Assembly: GCA_016192455.1 (NCBI GenBank)
Contig: JACPUC010000029.1
Coordinates: 62,001 to 126,000 of the forward strand
Reading direction: 5' to 3'
DNA length: 64,000 nt
Source of the DNA: Candidatus Tectimicrobiota bacterium
GTDB taxonomy: Bacteria; JACPUC01
In this document: positions 21,969 to 31,107 of the stretch, one piece after another
Layout: each line of letters opens with the position of its first letter
Position numbering within the stretch: the first letter of the stretch is position 1
Notes under the pieces: model-generated
Databases searched by the model: none
What the model was told of the DNA's origin: nothing
Seen by the model: the letters and a program-made list of their open reading frames with translations, nothing else
Made by a program: the position numbers and the translations under genes

Positions 21969-23138
21969 ATGAAGGCACAGCGCGCGTTCTGTGGGCTCAC
22001 GGTCCTGCTCATCGTCTGCGGTCTCGCAGTCTTTGCCGGCGGCGCCGCGCGGGCGGCGGAGGATGTGGTGATCGGCGTTCCCCTGCCGGCCTCCGGCCTC
22101 ATGTCCTACTTCGGCAAGCAGCAGCTCGTCGCCACCGAGATGGCGGTGGAGGACATCAACAAGGCGGGGGGCATTAAGGGACGCAAGGTGCGCATGATCT
22201 TCTACGACACCGCCAGCAAGCCCGAGGAGGCCATCAACACCGTCCGCAAGCTCATCGATTCTGACAAGGTGCTGGCCATCGCGGGACCGCTGCTGAGCAG
22301 CGAGACGCGGGTGGCCTTCCCGGTGGCGAACCGCGCCGGCGTGCCGATCGTGGCGTCGGCCTCCTCGGCGCCGGGGATCGGCGCCGCCAACCGCCCCTGG
22401 GCCTTCCGCAACACCGTCCTGGAGGCCGACACCGCCCGCCCCGCCCTCGAGTACTGGGTGAAGGGGAATAAGATCAAGCGAGCCGCGATCATCGTCGACA
22501 ACAAGGACTTCGTGAGCAAATCGTACGGCGCGCAAGTTATTCCCGATCTCTTTAAGGAGTTCGGGGTCCAAATCGCCGATACCGTGAGCTTCCAATCGGG
22601 CGACGTCGACTTCTCCGCCCAGGTGACGAAGGTCAAGCAGGCGACGCCGGATGGCATCGTGATGGCCGCCCTGCACAACGAAGCCGCGGCAATCGCGCGG
22701 GAGCTACGCCGGCAGGGAGTGACGCAGCCGCTTTATGGCGGCGGGCCGCTCGCTGGCGAGTACTTCATCGAGCGCGGCGGCGCCGCCGTGGAGGGGACGA
22801 TCATCGGCAGCGGTTTCTGGGTCGATAACCCCGAGCCCAAGATCGCCGCCTGGGTGAAGCGCTACAAGGAGCGCGATCCCCTGCGCGGCGCCCCGCACCA
22901 GGTCGCCGTGTACCAATACGAGACCATGATGATCTACAAGCACTGCATCGAATCGCCCGGCGTCACGCTCGATCCCAAGGATATCAAGAAGGACCGGGAA
23001 AAGATTCGCGAGTGCTGGGCTGGGCTGAAAAATTTCCCCGTTCTGAGCGGCGCGATGAGCATCAATAAGGATGGCGACGGCGAGCGCAAGTCGCTCATCC
23101 TGCAGGTGAAGAACGGCAAGTTCGCGTTGCTGAACTGA
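21969..23138 (+). CDS. ABC transporter substrate-binding protein, branched-chain amino acid (LivJ-like) family
   Basis: Signal peptide; INKAGGIKGRKV, YDTASKP and DFSAQVTKVK motifs; RBS AGGAGGAGG. Confidence 0.9.
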   Translation: MKAQRAFCGLTVLLIVCGLAVFAGGAARAAEDVVIGVPLPASGLMSYFGKQQLVATEMAVEDINKAGGIKGRKVRMIFYDTASKPEEAINTVRKLIDSDKVLAIAGPLLSSETRVAFPVANRAGVPIVASASSAPGIGAANRPWAFRNTVLEADTARPALEYWVKGNKIKRAAIIVDNKDFVSKSYGAQVIPDLFKEFGVQIADTVSFQSGDVDFSAQVTKVKQATPDGIVMAALHNEAAAIARELRRQGVTQPLYGGGPLAGEYFIERGGAAVEGTIIGSGFWVDNPEPKIAAWVKRYKERDPLRGAPHQVAVYQYETMMIYKHCIESPGVTLDPKDIKKDREKIRECWAGLKNFPVLSGAMSINKDGDGERKSLILQVKNGKFALLN

Positions 23139-23454
23139 GGAGACCCCGTCCGCGCGCGCTCGCCACGGCGCGCCTGCTGCGGCGTCAGGAAGCGACGCAG
23201 CGCGCCGCCACGCTGGCGAGGCCGGCGGGGCAGACGAGGAGGAACGCCGATCACGCCCGCCGCCTCCGTGGCGGCTCCAGCTCCCGAGCTGAACCGCATC
23301 GGCAGGATGTTGCGGCTCGAGGGGGGGACTGTGCCCACCTCGAGCAGAAGCGCCCATCTCCACCCGGCGCATTCGGGCAGGCGGCCGCGAGGAGAGGGAG
23401 GAGGCGCGATCGTCCGCTCCAGCCGAGCCTCTGGATACTGGGAGGAACGAAACG

Positions 23455-24444
23455 ATGCGAGGAGTCCTCATCCGCGAGTTCGGGCCGATCGAGTCGCACA
23501 AGCTGGAAGACGTGCCCGCGCCGGTTCCAGGTGACGACGAGGTGCTCATCAACGTGCACGCCATCGGCGTCAATTTCCCCGATACCCTGATGCTGCAGGG
23601 GCTCTACCAGAAGAAGCCGGCGCGCCCCTTCGTGCCCGGGCGCGACATCGCCGGCGTGGTCGCCGCCGTCGGCAAGAAGGTGACGCGCTGCAAGGTCGGC
23701 GAGCGGGTGGTGGCCCTCGTCTGGTGGGGCGGCTATGCCGAGCAGACCGTGGCGCCACAGTCCAGGGTCTTCCACATGCCCCAGGGATTGGACTACGTGA
23801 CCGCCGCCGGCATGTTCACCGTCTTCAACACCGCCTACGTCTCCCTCGTCGTCCGCGGCCTGTACCAGCCCGGCGAGACCGTCCTGGTGAACGGCGCCGG
23901 CGGCGGCGTCGGCTCCTCCTGCGTGCAGGTCGCCAAGGCCAAGGGAGCCACCGTGATCGCCGGCGACATCACCGAGGCGAAGCGGCAGCTCGCCAAGGAG
24001 AACGGCGCCGATTCCACCATCGACCTCTCCGTCGGCGACCTGAACGAGAACCTCCGCCAGCAGGTCTTCGCGCTGACCAACGGGCGCGGCGTGGATATCG
24101 TCCTCGATCCCGTCGGCGGCGACGTCTTCGACGCCTCGCTCCGCGTCCTCGCCTTCGCCGGGCGCATCGTCACCATCGGCTACACCTCGGGTCGCCTGCC
24201 GGTGGTGAAGGCCAACTACCTCAACGTCAAAAACCTCTCCGCCGTCGGCGTGGCCCTCGACCTGCACTTCGATCACGCCCCCCAGACCATGGAGAAAGTT
24301 GTCGCCGACCTCTTCGATATGTACGTGAAGGGGAAAATCCGCCCGAAAATCACCGCCACCTACCCCCTCGCCGAATTTCAGAAGCCGCTCACGCTTCTGC
24401 ACCAGGGCAAGGCGATGGGCAAGATGGTGCTGACGGTGCGCTAA
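23455..24444 (+). CDS. NADPH:quinone oxidoreductase (zeta-crystallin/MDR family)
   Basis: GVNFPD, PFVPGRDIAG, NGAGGGVG, GVDIVLDPVGG and GKMVL motifs. Confidence 0.92.
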   Translation: MRGVLIREFGPIESHKLEDVPAPVPGDDEVLINVHAIGVNFPDTLMLQGLYQKKPARPFVPGRDIAGVVAAVGKKVTRCKVGERVVALVWWGGYAEQTVAPQSRVFHMPQGLDYVTAAGMFTVFNTAYVSLVVRGLYQPGETVLVNGAGGGVGSSCVQVAKAKGATVIAGDITEAKRQLAKENGADSTIDLSVGDLNENLRQQVFALTNGRGVDIVLDPVGGDVFDASLRVLAFAGRIVTIGYTSGRLPVVKANYLNVKNLSAVGVALDLHFDHAPQTMEKVVADLFDMYVKGKIRPKITATYPLAEFQKPLTLLHQGKAMGKMVLTVR

Positions 24445-24829
24445 CGCCTGCGCCAGCGCCAGGCATGCTGATTGAGGACGGGGGAGCACGCTGGGCTTCC
24501 CCGTTGCGCCTCGTCGTCTGGCGCAAGGCTTGCGGTGCTGCGTGTCGCGCGCCCGCTGCGCTGATCCCCGCGCCGAGGGTCCGGCGTCGATGTCGGTGAC
24601 CGCGGCGCGGCTTGGCGGCGAGTTTCTCGCGTGGATGGATGCCTCTCGGAGCCTACCCGCTCCTGCGATCAGCCTTGGGTCTGCCTCGCTTCCCGACGCT
24701 GCGATGGCGTCGCCTGCCGTGTGCATCAAGCTCAGTCCCAGGGCGCGAATGTCTCCTCGCAGGGCGTGAGGCATCTCCTGGGGAGCCGGAGCATACACCG
24801 CAGAAAAAAGCATCCCTCCTGGCGATCGG

Positions 24830-24914
24830 GCGAAGGTGGCGGAACTGGTAGACGCGCTGGACTTAGGATCCAGTGGGGTAACCCATGGGGGTTCAACTCC
24901 CCCCCTTCGCACCA
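24830..24914 (+). tRNA. tRNA-Leu (anticodon TAG)
   Basis: GCGAAGG acceptor stem pairs with CCTTCGC-ACCA; D arm GGCGGAACTGGTAGACGC; anticodon arm CTGGA-CTTAGGA-TCCAG; long variable arm; T arm GGGGG-TTCAACT-CCCCC. Confidence 0.96.
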
Positions 24915-25627
24915 CCTGGGTTTCAAGGGGAGTCCGTATCGGGAGGCTCAGCCCTGCCCCGTACCGCGAGGTGTCCGGACATTCAATAAGTTCTGTGGCG
25001 GCTGCCATGCGGGAAGAAGACCTGCGTGGACAGCGCGGAGACAGTAAGCCCCCTGAGAGGCTTTCCATGGCCCGTCGCTGGCCGTTCCCTTCCTGTACGT
25101 TGGCCGCGGAACGTTCCAGGGGCGCCGTCGTGGGGGCGACGCACCGGCGGAGGGGGTGGCGCGGGAAGCGCCTGCCGGCGCGTCCGGTCAGGATGGGCGG
25201 AGTGACCCTGGCCTTGTCGATACCTGGGGATGAGACCTTGCAGCGGAATTGGATTCGTGCCATGCTCAGGCACCTCCTTCCGGAAGCCGCGGGGTTAGCT
25301 CCTTTGTGCTCCCGTCACGCATTGTTCTGCAATGGGTTAGTCAAAATGGTGAGGCTTTCGGGGGCAGGAATCGCGGCATCAACGTCTGGTCAAGAAGCGA
25401 TCTGCGTTGCTCCCTCCTGACGAGGTTCGAGGATGTTGTCGGATGAGTGCGGATTGGGAAAAGGTATCCATGGAAGTCGGATGTAGTTCATCTTTTTAGG
25501 TAGGAGGGAAACAGCGGATTAAGGGCGAGGGTTTCGATCATTGAGGAAGCCCTGATTTTCAGCCGCTGGCAGTGGTCCTATTCACGACAAGACGCCGGGT
25601 TCTCAACCGGCAAGACCATAGTTAACT

Positions 25628-25681
25628 CCGCAGATGACGCAGATTTCACAGATGAATCTGCGGAATCGGCGCAATCTGCGG
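25628..25681. repeat. palindromic GCAGAT/ATCTGC repeat element
   Basis: ccgcagatgacgcagatttcacagatg-aatctgcggaatcggcgcaatctgcgg: three ~9-nt units followed by their imperfect inverse. Confidence 0.7.
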
Positions 25682-25808
25682 ATTCATCCCTTGGAGAGAA
25701 CCGCGGCGCGTGGGAGGTCGAAGTAGCGGAAAAGCGGCTGACACTGCAACAGAAGGAAACGGCTGCCGCTGGGTTCCGCTTCAGCGCCGGAAGATGGCGA
25801 GGGGGGGA

Positions 25809-26795
25809 GTGAAGGTGAGGAAGTTTGTTGTCTCTGTGCTCTTGGTAACGCCCATCACGTTCGTCCTGCTCGCCTCTTTCACCTCCTTGACAGCCTGCGC
25901 GCAACAGAAAGTGCCTCTCACCTACGGGTTTTCCAGTGATGTTGGGCGGCAGACGATCCACTATGCCTTGAGTAGGGGTTTGGTGCGTTCAGATGCCGTC
26001 GAGGTGAAACTTTTCCCGCAGTCGATTGACGCCTTGGTGGTGGCCCTGGGCACCAAGCGCTATGAGGTTTTGGAGACCTCGTCCTTCGGATTTTTGGCGG
26101 CTCGATCCCGGGGTGTGAACCTTGTTATTATCGGCAAGGGGTATCGGACGATAGACGGGCAGTATATCCTCGTCAGTAAGGACTCGCCCTTGCAGGGGCC
26201 GCAAGAACTGCGGGGGAAACGTGTCGCCATCACCGCGCTCGGTTCGACTTCCGTGGGGCTGCTCCGCCTGGTGTTGAAGCACAAGTATCAGTTGAATGTC
26301 GATAATGTCCGCTGGCAGGAAATCCCGATGTCGAACATCAGTACGGTGATAAACCGTGGTCAAGCCGAGGCCGGCTATACCTTCCAGACGGCGTCCTACC
26401 GAAGTTTGAAAACGGGCTTGTTTAAGGTCTTGATCAACGTTTCAAAAGAGTTTGAGGAGCTGTTCAAGATCGAATACATTCCATCGGTTTTTGTGACGTA
26501 CCGCGACGTCGTTGAAAAATCACCGGCTGCGATCCGCGAGTTTCAGCGCCTCCTCGCTGCCTCGATTGAGTATGGCCGCGCGCACGCGAACGAGGTCATC
26601 CCGCAGATCGTGAAAGAGCGCGGCTTGGACCCGGAGATGCTGCAGAAATGGATCGACTGGAATGTTGGTGGAGGGCGCTTGAGCGACGCGGATATCGCCG
26701 CGTACCAACGCCAGTGGAAGCTGGCGCAGGACTCCGGCATCCTCCCCGCCCAGGAAGTTACCGCTGACATGTTCTGGAAGGGATTCTGGGAGTAG
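25809..26795 (+). CDS. ABC substrate-binding protein, SsuA/NMT1-like
   Basis: Hydrophobic N-terminus; VSKDSPLQGPQELRGKRVAI motif; start uncertain (25794 or 25809). Confidence 0.8.
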   Translation: MKVRKFVVSVLLVTPITFVLLASFTSLTACAQQKVPLTYGFSSDVGRQTIHYALSRGLVRSDAVEVKLFPQSIDALVVALGTKRYEVLETSSFGFLAARSRGVNLVIIGKGYRTIDGQYILVSKDSPLQGPQELRGKRVAITALGSTSVGLLRLVLKHKYQLNVDNVRWQEIPMSNISTVINRGQAEAGYTFQTASYRSLKTGLFKVLINVSKEFEELFKIEYIPSVFVTYRDVVEKSPAAIREFQRLLAASIEYGRAHANEVIPQIVKERGLDPEMLQKWIDWNVGGGRLSDADIAAYQRQWKLAQDSGILPAQEVTADMFWKGFWE

Positions 26796-26914
26796 GTGGA
26801 GTGGTTGAATTGGGAGCGACGTGTGCAGCCCGCCGCGTGGTGTGGTTCATCGCGTCGTGGTGTCGTATCACTGCAGATCGCCCCTGTGCGAATGCACGGG
26901 GAGGGGGGAAGACG

Positions 26915-27877
26915 ATGGTCAGGAGAGATCGTTGCATGAGATGGGTTGCCGCCTTCGCGATAGGCCTCCTTGCCTTGGGCGCCGTCGTCAAAGTCTCCGT
27001 CGCTCAGGCCCCGCCGGTCCCGCCCCTGGTGAAGCCGGGGTTCACGACGAAGATTGCCGAGAACGTCTACGTCATCCCGGATCACGATGTGCGTCTCGTA
27101 CCCAACATCGGCATCCTGGTTGGTCAGAACGGCATTCTCGTGGTCGATACCGGCATGGGACCGAAGAATGCTGAAACGGTTCTCGGTGAAGTGCGTAAGA
27201 TCAGCAACAAGCCGATCCTCTACCTCGCCATCACGCACATGCACCCTGAACACGGCATGGGAGCGCAAAGCTTCCCAAGCGAGACCAAGGTAATTTACGC
27301 CGAAGCCCAAAAAAAAGAGCTCGCGGACAAAGCTGAGCGCTTCATCAAGTTCTTCAGTGGGTTCAGTCCACAAATTGCGGAGCTGTTGAAGCCGGTGCGC
27401 ATCGTGCAGCCCACGGAAACTTTCCAGAGCGAGGCTCGCCTCAACCTCGGTGGTTTCCCGGTGCAGCTCCTGCATTTCGGGGCCTCGCATACACGGGGCG
27501 ACACGCTGATTTACCTCCCTGAACAGGGCATCATTTTTGCCGGCGATGTGGTCGTGAACGGCTGGTTCCCCATCATGCCTGACAACGATTCAAGCGGCAA
27601 GAACTGGATCGCCACCCTCGAAAAGCTCAAGGGGATGAAGCTGAAAACGGTGGTGCCCGGACATGGTCCCGTGGGTCAACCAACGATGATTGATCCGCTG
27701 CAGACCTACCTGACGACGCTGCGCAGCGAAGTCACCACTCTGCAAAAGCAAGGGAAATCGCAGGAGGAGGTGGTGAGCGCTTTGACGCCGGTGTTCAAGG
27801 AGCGGTACGGCACCTGGAAGGATAATCAGTGGCTGAAGAACGCCATTGGGCGGTTCTACGCGGAAGCCACGATGTGA
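26915..27877 (+). CDS. exported MBL-fold metallo-hydrolase
   Basis: VVDTG, THMHPEH, HTRGD, FAGD and VPGHG motifs; signal peptide. Confidence 0.88.
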   Translation: MVRRDRCMRWVAAFAIGLLALGAVVKVSVAQAPPVPPLVKPGFTTKIAENVYVIPDHDVRLVPNIGILVGQNGILVVDTGMGPKNAETVLGEVRKISNKPILYLAITHMHPEHGMGAQSFPSETKVIYAEAQKKELADKAERFIKFFSGFSPQIAELLKPVRIVQPTETFQSEARLNLGGFPVQLLHFGASHTRGDTLIYLPEQGIIFAGDVVVNGWFPIMPDNDSSGKNWIATLEKLKGMKLKTVVPGHGPVGQPTMIDPLQTYLTTLRSEVTTLQKQGKSQEEVVSALTPVFKERYGTWKDNQWLKNAIGRFYAEATM

Positions 27878-27927
27878 TTGGCACGGCGGTCTCGTTCGCG
27901 GCATCGGCGGGCCGGTGCCGCGAACGG

Positions 27928-28839
27928 TCACGCGGTCGCCGACTCCACCGTGGGTATGGCGAAGGCAGTGCTTGCGAGTTCGGCGAGGGGGATGGGCCGG
28001 CGGCCTAAACTCGTGGAGAAGAGCTCCATCTCTCTGCTCAAACTGGCGAGGTCGAGCTTCGCGACCCATCTGTGAGCCAGGCGGTCGTAGCATTCCTCGG
28101 CGAGGTCGCGCTGCAGGTGCCATCCTTCCATGAGGTAGGCCACGCTGGCTGGCCTGTCTGTCCGCATGGCTTGCACGCAGGCCGTGTACCCATGGATGAG
28201 CCGTTGCACGACCTCGGGGTGATCCCTGATGAACCGCTCCGTTGTCACCAGCGCATGGCTTGCCCGGCCGAAGAATGCCTGACTCAAATCCGCGACGACT
28301 CGAAAGCCGGCGCGCAGCAGGGCGAAACATTCGGGCGGACTCGACACCAGGCCTCTACATTGCCCAGTCGTGAAGGAGGTAAGGCGTTCCTCCGGGGTAT
28401 AGGCGCGCTGGTGGGCGGGGAAGGCGACGTCCAGTCCCGGCCTCAGTCCGTGCTGGCGCAAGAGGAACGCCGCATGCCACTCCGGCATGGCGCCCCTGGC
28501 AGGCGTCATGAGCGCGGCGCCGCGCAAATCCTCGAGCCGCCCCACCTCTGCCGGCGCCACGATGAGATGGAGTGGATTTTCAACTACCTGCACGATGATC
28601 TTCAAGCCGCGTTCGCCAGCGAAGGCTTTCTCGAAGACCCCCTCGGTTGAACCTCCGAAGTCCGCCTCGCCCGAGAGGACTGCTTCCACATTCTGGATGT
28701 CCGCGCGCACCATGACCTCGGCTGCCACACCCTGGGCGGCGAAGAAGCCTTGTTCCACCGCCATCCAGAGGGGCGCGATGTTGAGAGAATGAGCCATCAG
28801 CGCCAGGCGCACGGAATGCGATTCTCCTGCGCGCGCCAC
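27928..28839 (-). CDS. SsuA/NMT1-like solute-binding protein, apparently without a signal peptide
   Basis: APLWMAVEQGFFAAQG, AVLSGEADF and LEDLRG motifs; GTG start 6 nt after AGGAGG. Confidence 0.75.
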   Translation of the reverse strand: MARAGESHSVRLALMAHSLNIAPLWMAVEQGFFAAQGVAAEVMVRADIQNVEAVLSGEADFGGSTEGVFEKAFAGERGLKIIVQVVENPLHLIVAPAEVGRLEDLRGAALMTPARGAMPEWHAAFLLRQHGLRPGLDVAFPAHQRAYTPEERLTSFTTGQCRGLVSSPPECFALLRAGFRVVADLSQAFFGRASHALVTTERFIRDHPEVVQRLIHGYTACVQAMRTDRPASVAYLMEGWHLQRDLAEECYDRLAHRWVAKLDLASLSREMELFSTSLGRRPIPLAELASTAFAIPTVESATA

Positions 28840-29362
28840 CTCGCACCTCCTGTGAAGCCGCATCTGATCGAAACCCGCACTGACGTCGGTTCGCAGCTCA
28901 ACAAGGGTGGCAGCCGGGGCTTCCAGCTCGCGCGGGGAGAGCCGCGCATGGCGTGACGCCGCCGCGAGCGCCTTCCCTCGGAAGACCCTCGGAGCATCTC
29001 CTCATGCAGCCGCGGAACCTCCCACGGTTCTTCACCCTTTCTACCGTGGCCTCCCCGTCGCTCACCCCTTCGCGCCACCCATTCGAGGCTGAATCAGCGC
29101 GGAGTCGGGAGATGCCTCGTGAGACCGGCGCACTCCGAGATGCAAGGCAAGCTCGGGCCGGAGGCGCGCCACTGTCGGGTCCAGCCCCTGGAGCCGCCTC
29201 CCGACAGCTCCCCTGGCAGGTAAACGAGAAGCCGCCGACACGTTGTCGGCGGCTTCTGGCAGCACAGTCACCCCATGCCCCCCGCGGGCTGACGGCAGGC
29301 TCTGCCGCGGTATGTGCGTCTGCGGCCAGGCGCCTTGCTTTGGGGGTCGGTAGTGTGGCTCC

Positions 29363-29752
29363 CTAGCAGCAGAAATGGACGCACTGGTTCTTGCCGCGAT
29401 TGTGCTTCTTGATGGCGGCGTCGATCGTCTTGTTCACCAGGTTCCGGTCCAGACCGACCGCGAAGTTCTTCCCGGCAGGGGACGCGGCGGTATCCTTGAA
29501 CATCGCCACCAGAACGTCTTCAACCACCGCATCCTTACCGCCATTGGCGCGGTAGGCCTTTTGGGGGTCAAGCTTCTTGGCCGGCTCATCCACCTTCTGC
29601 AGCAGGAGCTGGCCGATCGCTTTCTCCAACGCCTTGACCTCCTGCTCCTTCTGGGCAAAGGCGTTGCGAACCAATCCAAGCGAGCCCAGGGTGGCAACCC
29701 CACCGACTGCCGCCGTCTTCTTGAAAAACTCCCGACGGGTATTGCTTTCCAT
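29363..29752 (-). CDS. Tat-signal small protein, copy 3 (129 aa, ends GKNQCVHFCC)
   Basis: MESNTRREFFKK twin-arginine motif, AFA cleavage site, RBS AAGGAG. Confidence 0.85.
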   Translation of the reverse strand: MESNTRREFFKKTAAVGGVATLGSLGLVRNAFAQKEQEVKALEKAIGQLLLQKVDEPAKKLDPQKAYRANGGKDAVVEDVLVAMFKDTAASPAGKNFAVGLDRNLVNKTIDAAIKKHNRGKNQCVHFCC

Positions 29753-29890
29753 GAATGCGCACTCCTTCTCGGCCTCTCGGCCTATAACCCACCATTTTTC
29801 CCACTCGCTCCCCGCGCCGCACGTCCATGTCATCTGTCGTGCGATCGAGGAGCTGCGGGACGCCAACGGGAACCGCTGCTTCCCGCTGCT

Positions 29891-30280
29891 CTAGTTATTG
29901 CACGAGCCCGAGATGCCGAAGTTCTTGCCGGGGAAGCGCTTCGCAAGCACCCTGTCCTTGGCTTTCTTGATGAGATCGGGAAGCGCAGTCACGTCGGGCA
30001 TCTTGCCGCCAAGCTCCTTATCGAGGTCCGCGAGGACCTCTTCCGTGGCCCCTGCCTTGGTGCCGCCAAGCCCCTGGTAGATGGTGACGAGGCTCACCTT
30101 CTTCTTGCCGCGCAGACCTTCCAAAACGCCGCGTCCAACCGCCTGGCGCAGAATCTCCTCGATGCTCTCGGCGGCCAGGGCCTTCGAGACCACCGCGGCA
30201 CTTCCCAAACCGAGCGCTCCTCCGACCACGGCCGCCGACTTCATGAATTTCCGCCGAGTGCTCTTCAGGTCATCACCCAT
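29891..30280 (-). CDS. Tat-signal small protein, copy 2 (129 aa, ends GKNFGISGSCNN)
   Basis: STRRKFMK twin-arginine motif, ALA cleavage site, RBS AGGAG. Confidence 0.87.
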   Translation of the reverse strand: MGDDLKSTRRKFMKSAAVVGGALGLGSAAVVSKALAAESIEEILRQAVGRGVLEGLRGKKKVSLVTIYQGLGGTKAGATEEVLADLDKELGGKMPDVTALPDLIKKAKDRVLAKRFPGKNFGISGSCNN

Positions 30281-30585
30281 TGTCGACACTCCTACCAAGC
30301 CAGGCATGCCTGGCAACCCTTCGCAGGCTCGACCCGCTCTCCCTAGGTCAGCCTCTTGAACTTCTGCATGAATTTCTCTTTCTAGCACAGTGGCAAAAGG
30401 TTCGTCAAGCAGAATATCGCCCCTTGCTCGTCTTCTTCGTCCTGGCTCTTTTCTACTCCCGCGTCGACTCCCCCCTCCAGGCCGCAACGCTCCGGCCGCG
30501 CTGAGGGGGAGCCCCTTTCCCCCCGCCGCCTTGGGCGGAGCAGGAAATGAAGCACGCAAGCGAGAACCCGTGCTCGACGCTACCC

Positions 30586-30975
30586 TTAGTTGTTACATGC
30601 ATTCGAGATGGACCAGTTCTTGCCGGGGAAACGCTTGGCAAGCACCTTGTCCTTGGCCTTCTTGATGATGTCGGGAAGCGCATTCACGTCAGGCATCTTG
30701 CCGCCAAGCTCCTTGTCGAGATCCACGAGGACCTCTTCCGTGGCCCCTCCCTTGCCACCGCCAAGCCCCTGGTAGATGGTGACGAGGCTCACCTTCTTCT
30801 TGCCGCGCAAACCTTCCAGCACGCCGCGTCCAATCGTCTGGCGCAGAATTTCCTCGAGGTTCTCGGCGGCCAGCGCCTTCGAGACCACCGCGGCACTCCC
30901 CAGACCGAGCGCTCCTCCGACCACGGCCGCCGACTTCATGAATTTCCGCCGAGTGCTTCTCAGGCCCTCGCTCAT
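30586..30975 (-). CDS. Tat-signal small protein, copy 1 (129 aa, ends GKNWSISNACNN)
   Basis: STRRKFMK motif, RBS GGGAGG; close paralogue of 29891..30280. Confidence 0.87.
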   Translation of the reverse strand: MSEGLRSTRRKFMKSAAVVGGALGLGSAAVVSKALAAENLEEILRQTIGRGVLEGLRGKKKVSLVTIYQGLGGGKGGATEEVLVDLDKELGGKMPDVNALPDIIKKAKDKVLAKRFPGKNWSISNACNN

Positions 30976-31107
30976 CGCCGCAACCCCTCCCTAATCAATG
31001 GCATGCCCTTTAATGGCCTACCCCTTCTTCCGCACGCGCCATACGGCGCAGGATCAACCGGTCGCGCTTACGCCTACAGCCGTTCCTATCACCCGGCAAG
31101 GTAATAG

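Noticed and set aside
24983-25273. Gene fragment starting MARIQFRCKV after a strong RBS (AAGGAGGT)
   Set aside because: The frame runs on into low-complexity antisense sequence across the tRNA with no recognisable domain, so it cannot be called a gene or an integrase remnant.
26915-27877. Metallo-beta-lactamase resistance gene
   Set aside because: It has the MBL fold only (HxHxEH variant); nothing specific supports beta-lactamase activity.
29363-29893. Pyrrolysine readthrough of the TAG stops of two Tat proteins
   Set aside because: The third paralogue ends at the equivalent position with TAA, all three have the same length, and no pyl genes are present.
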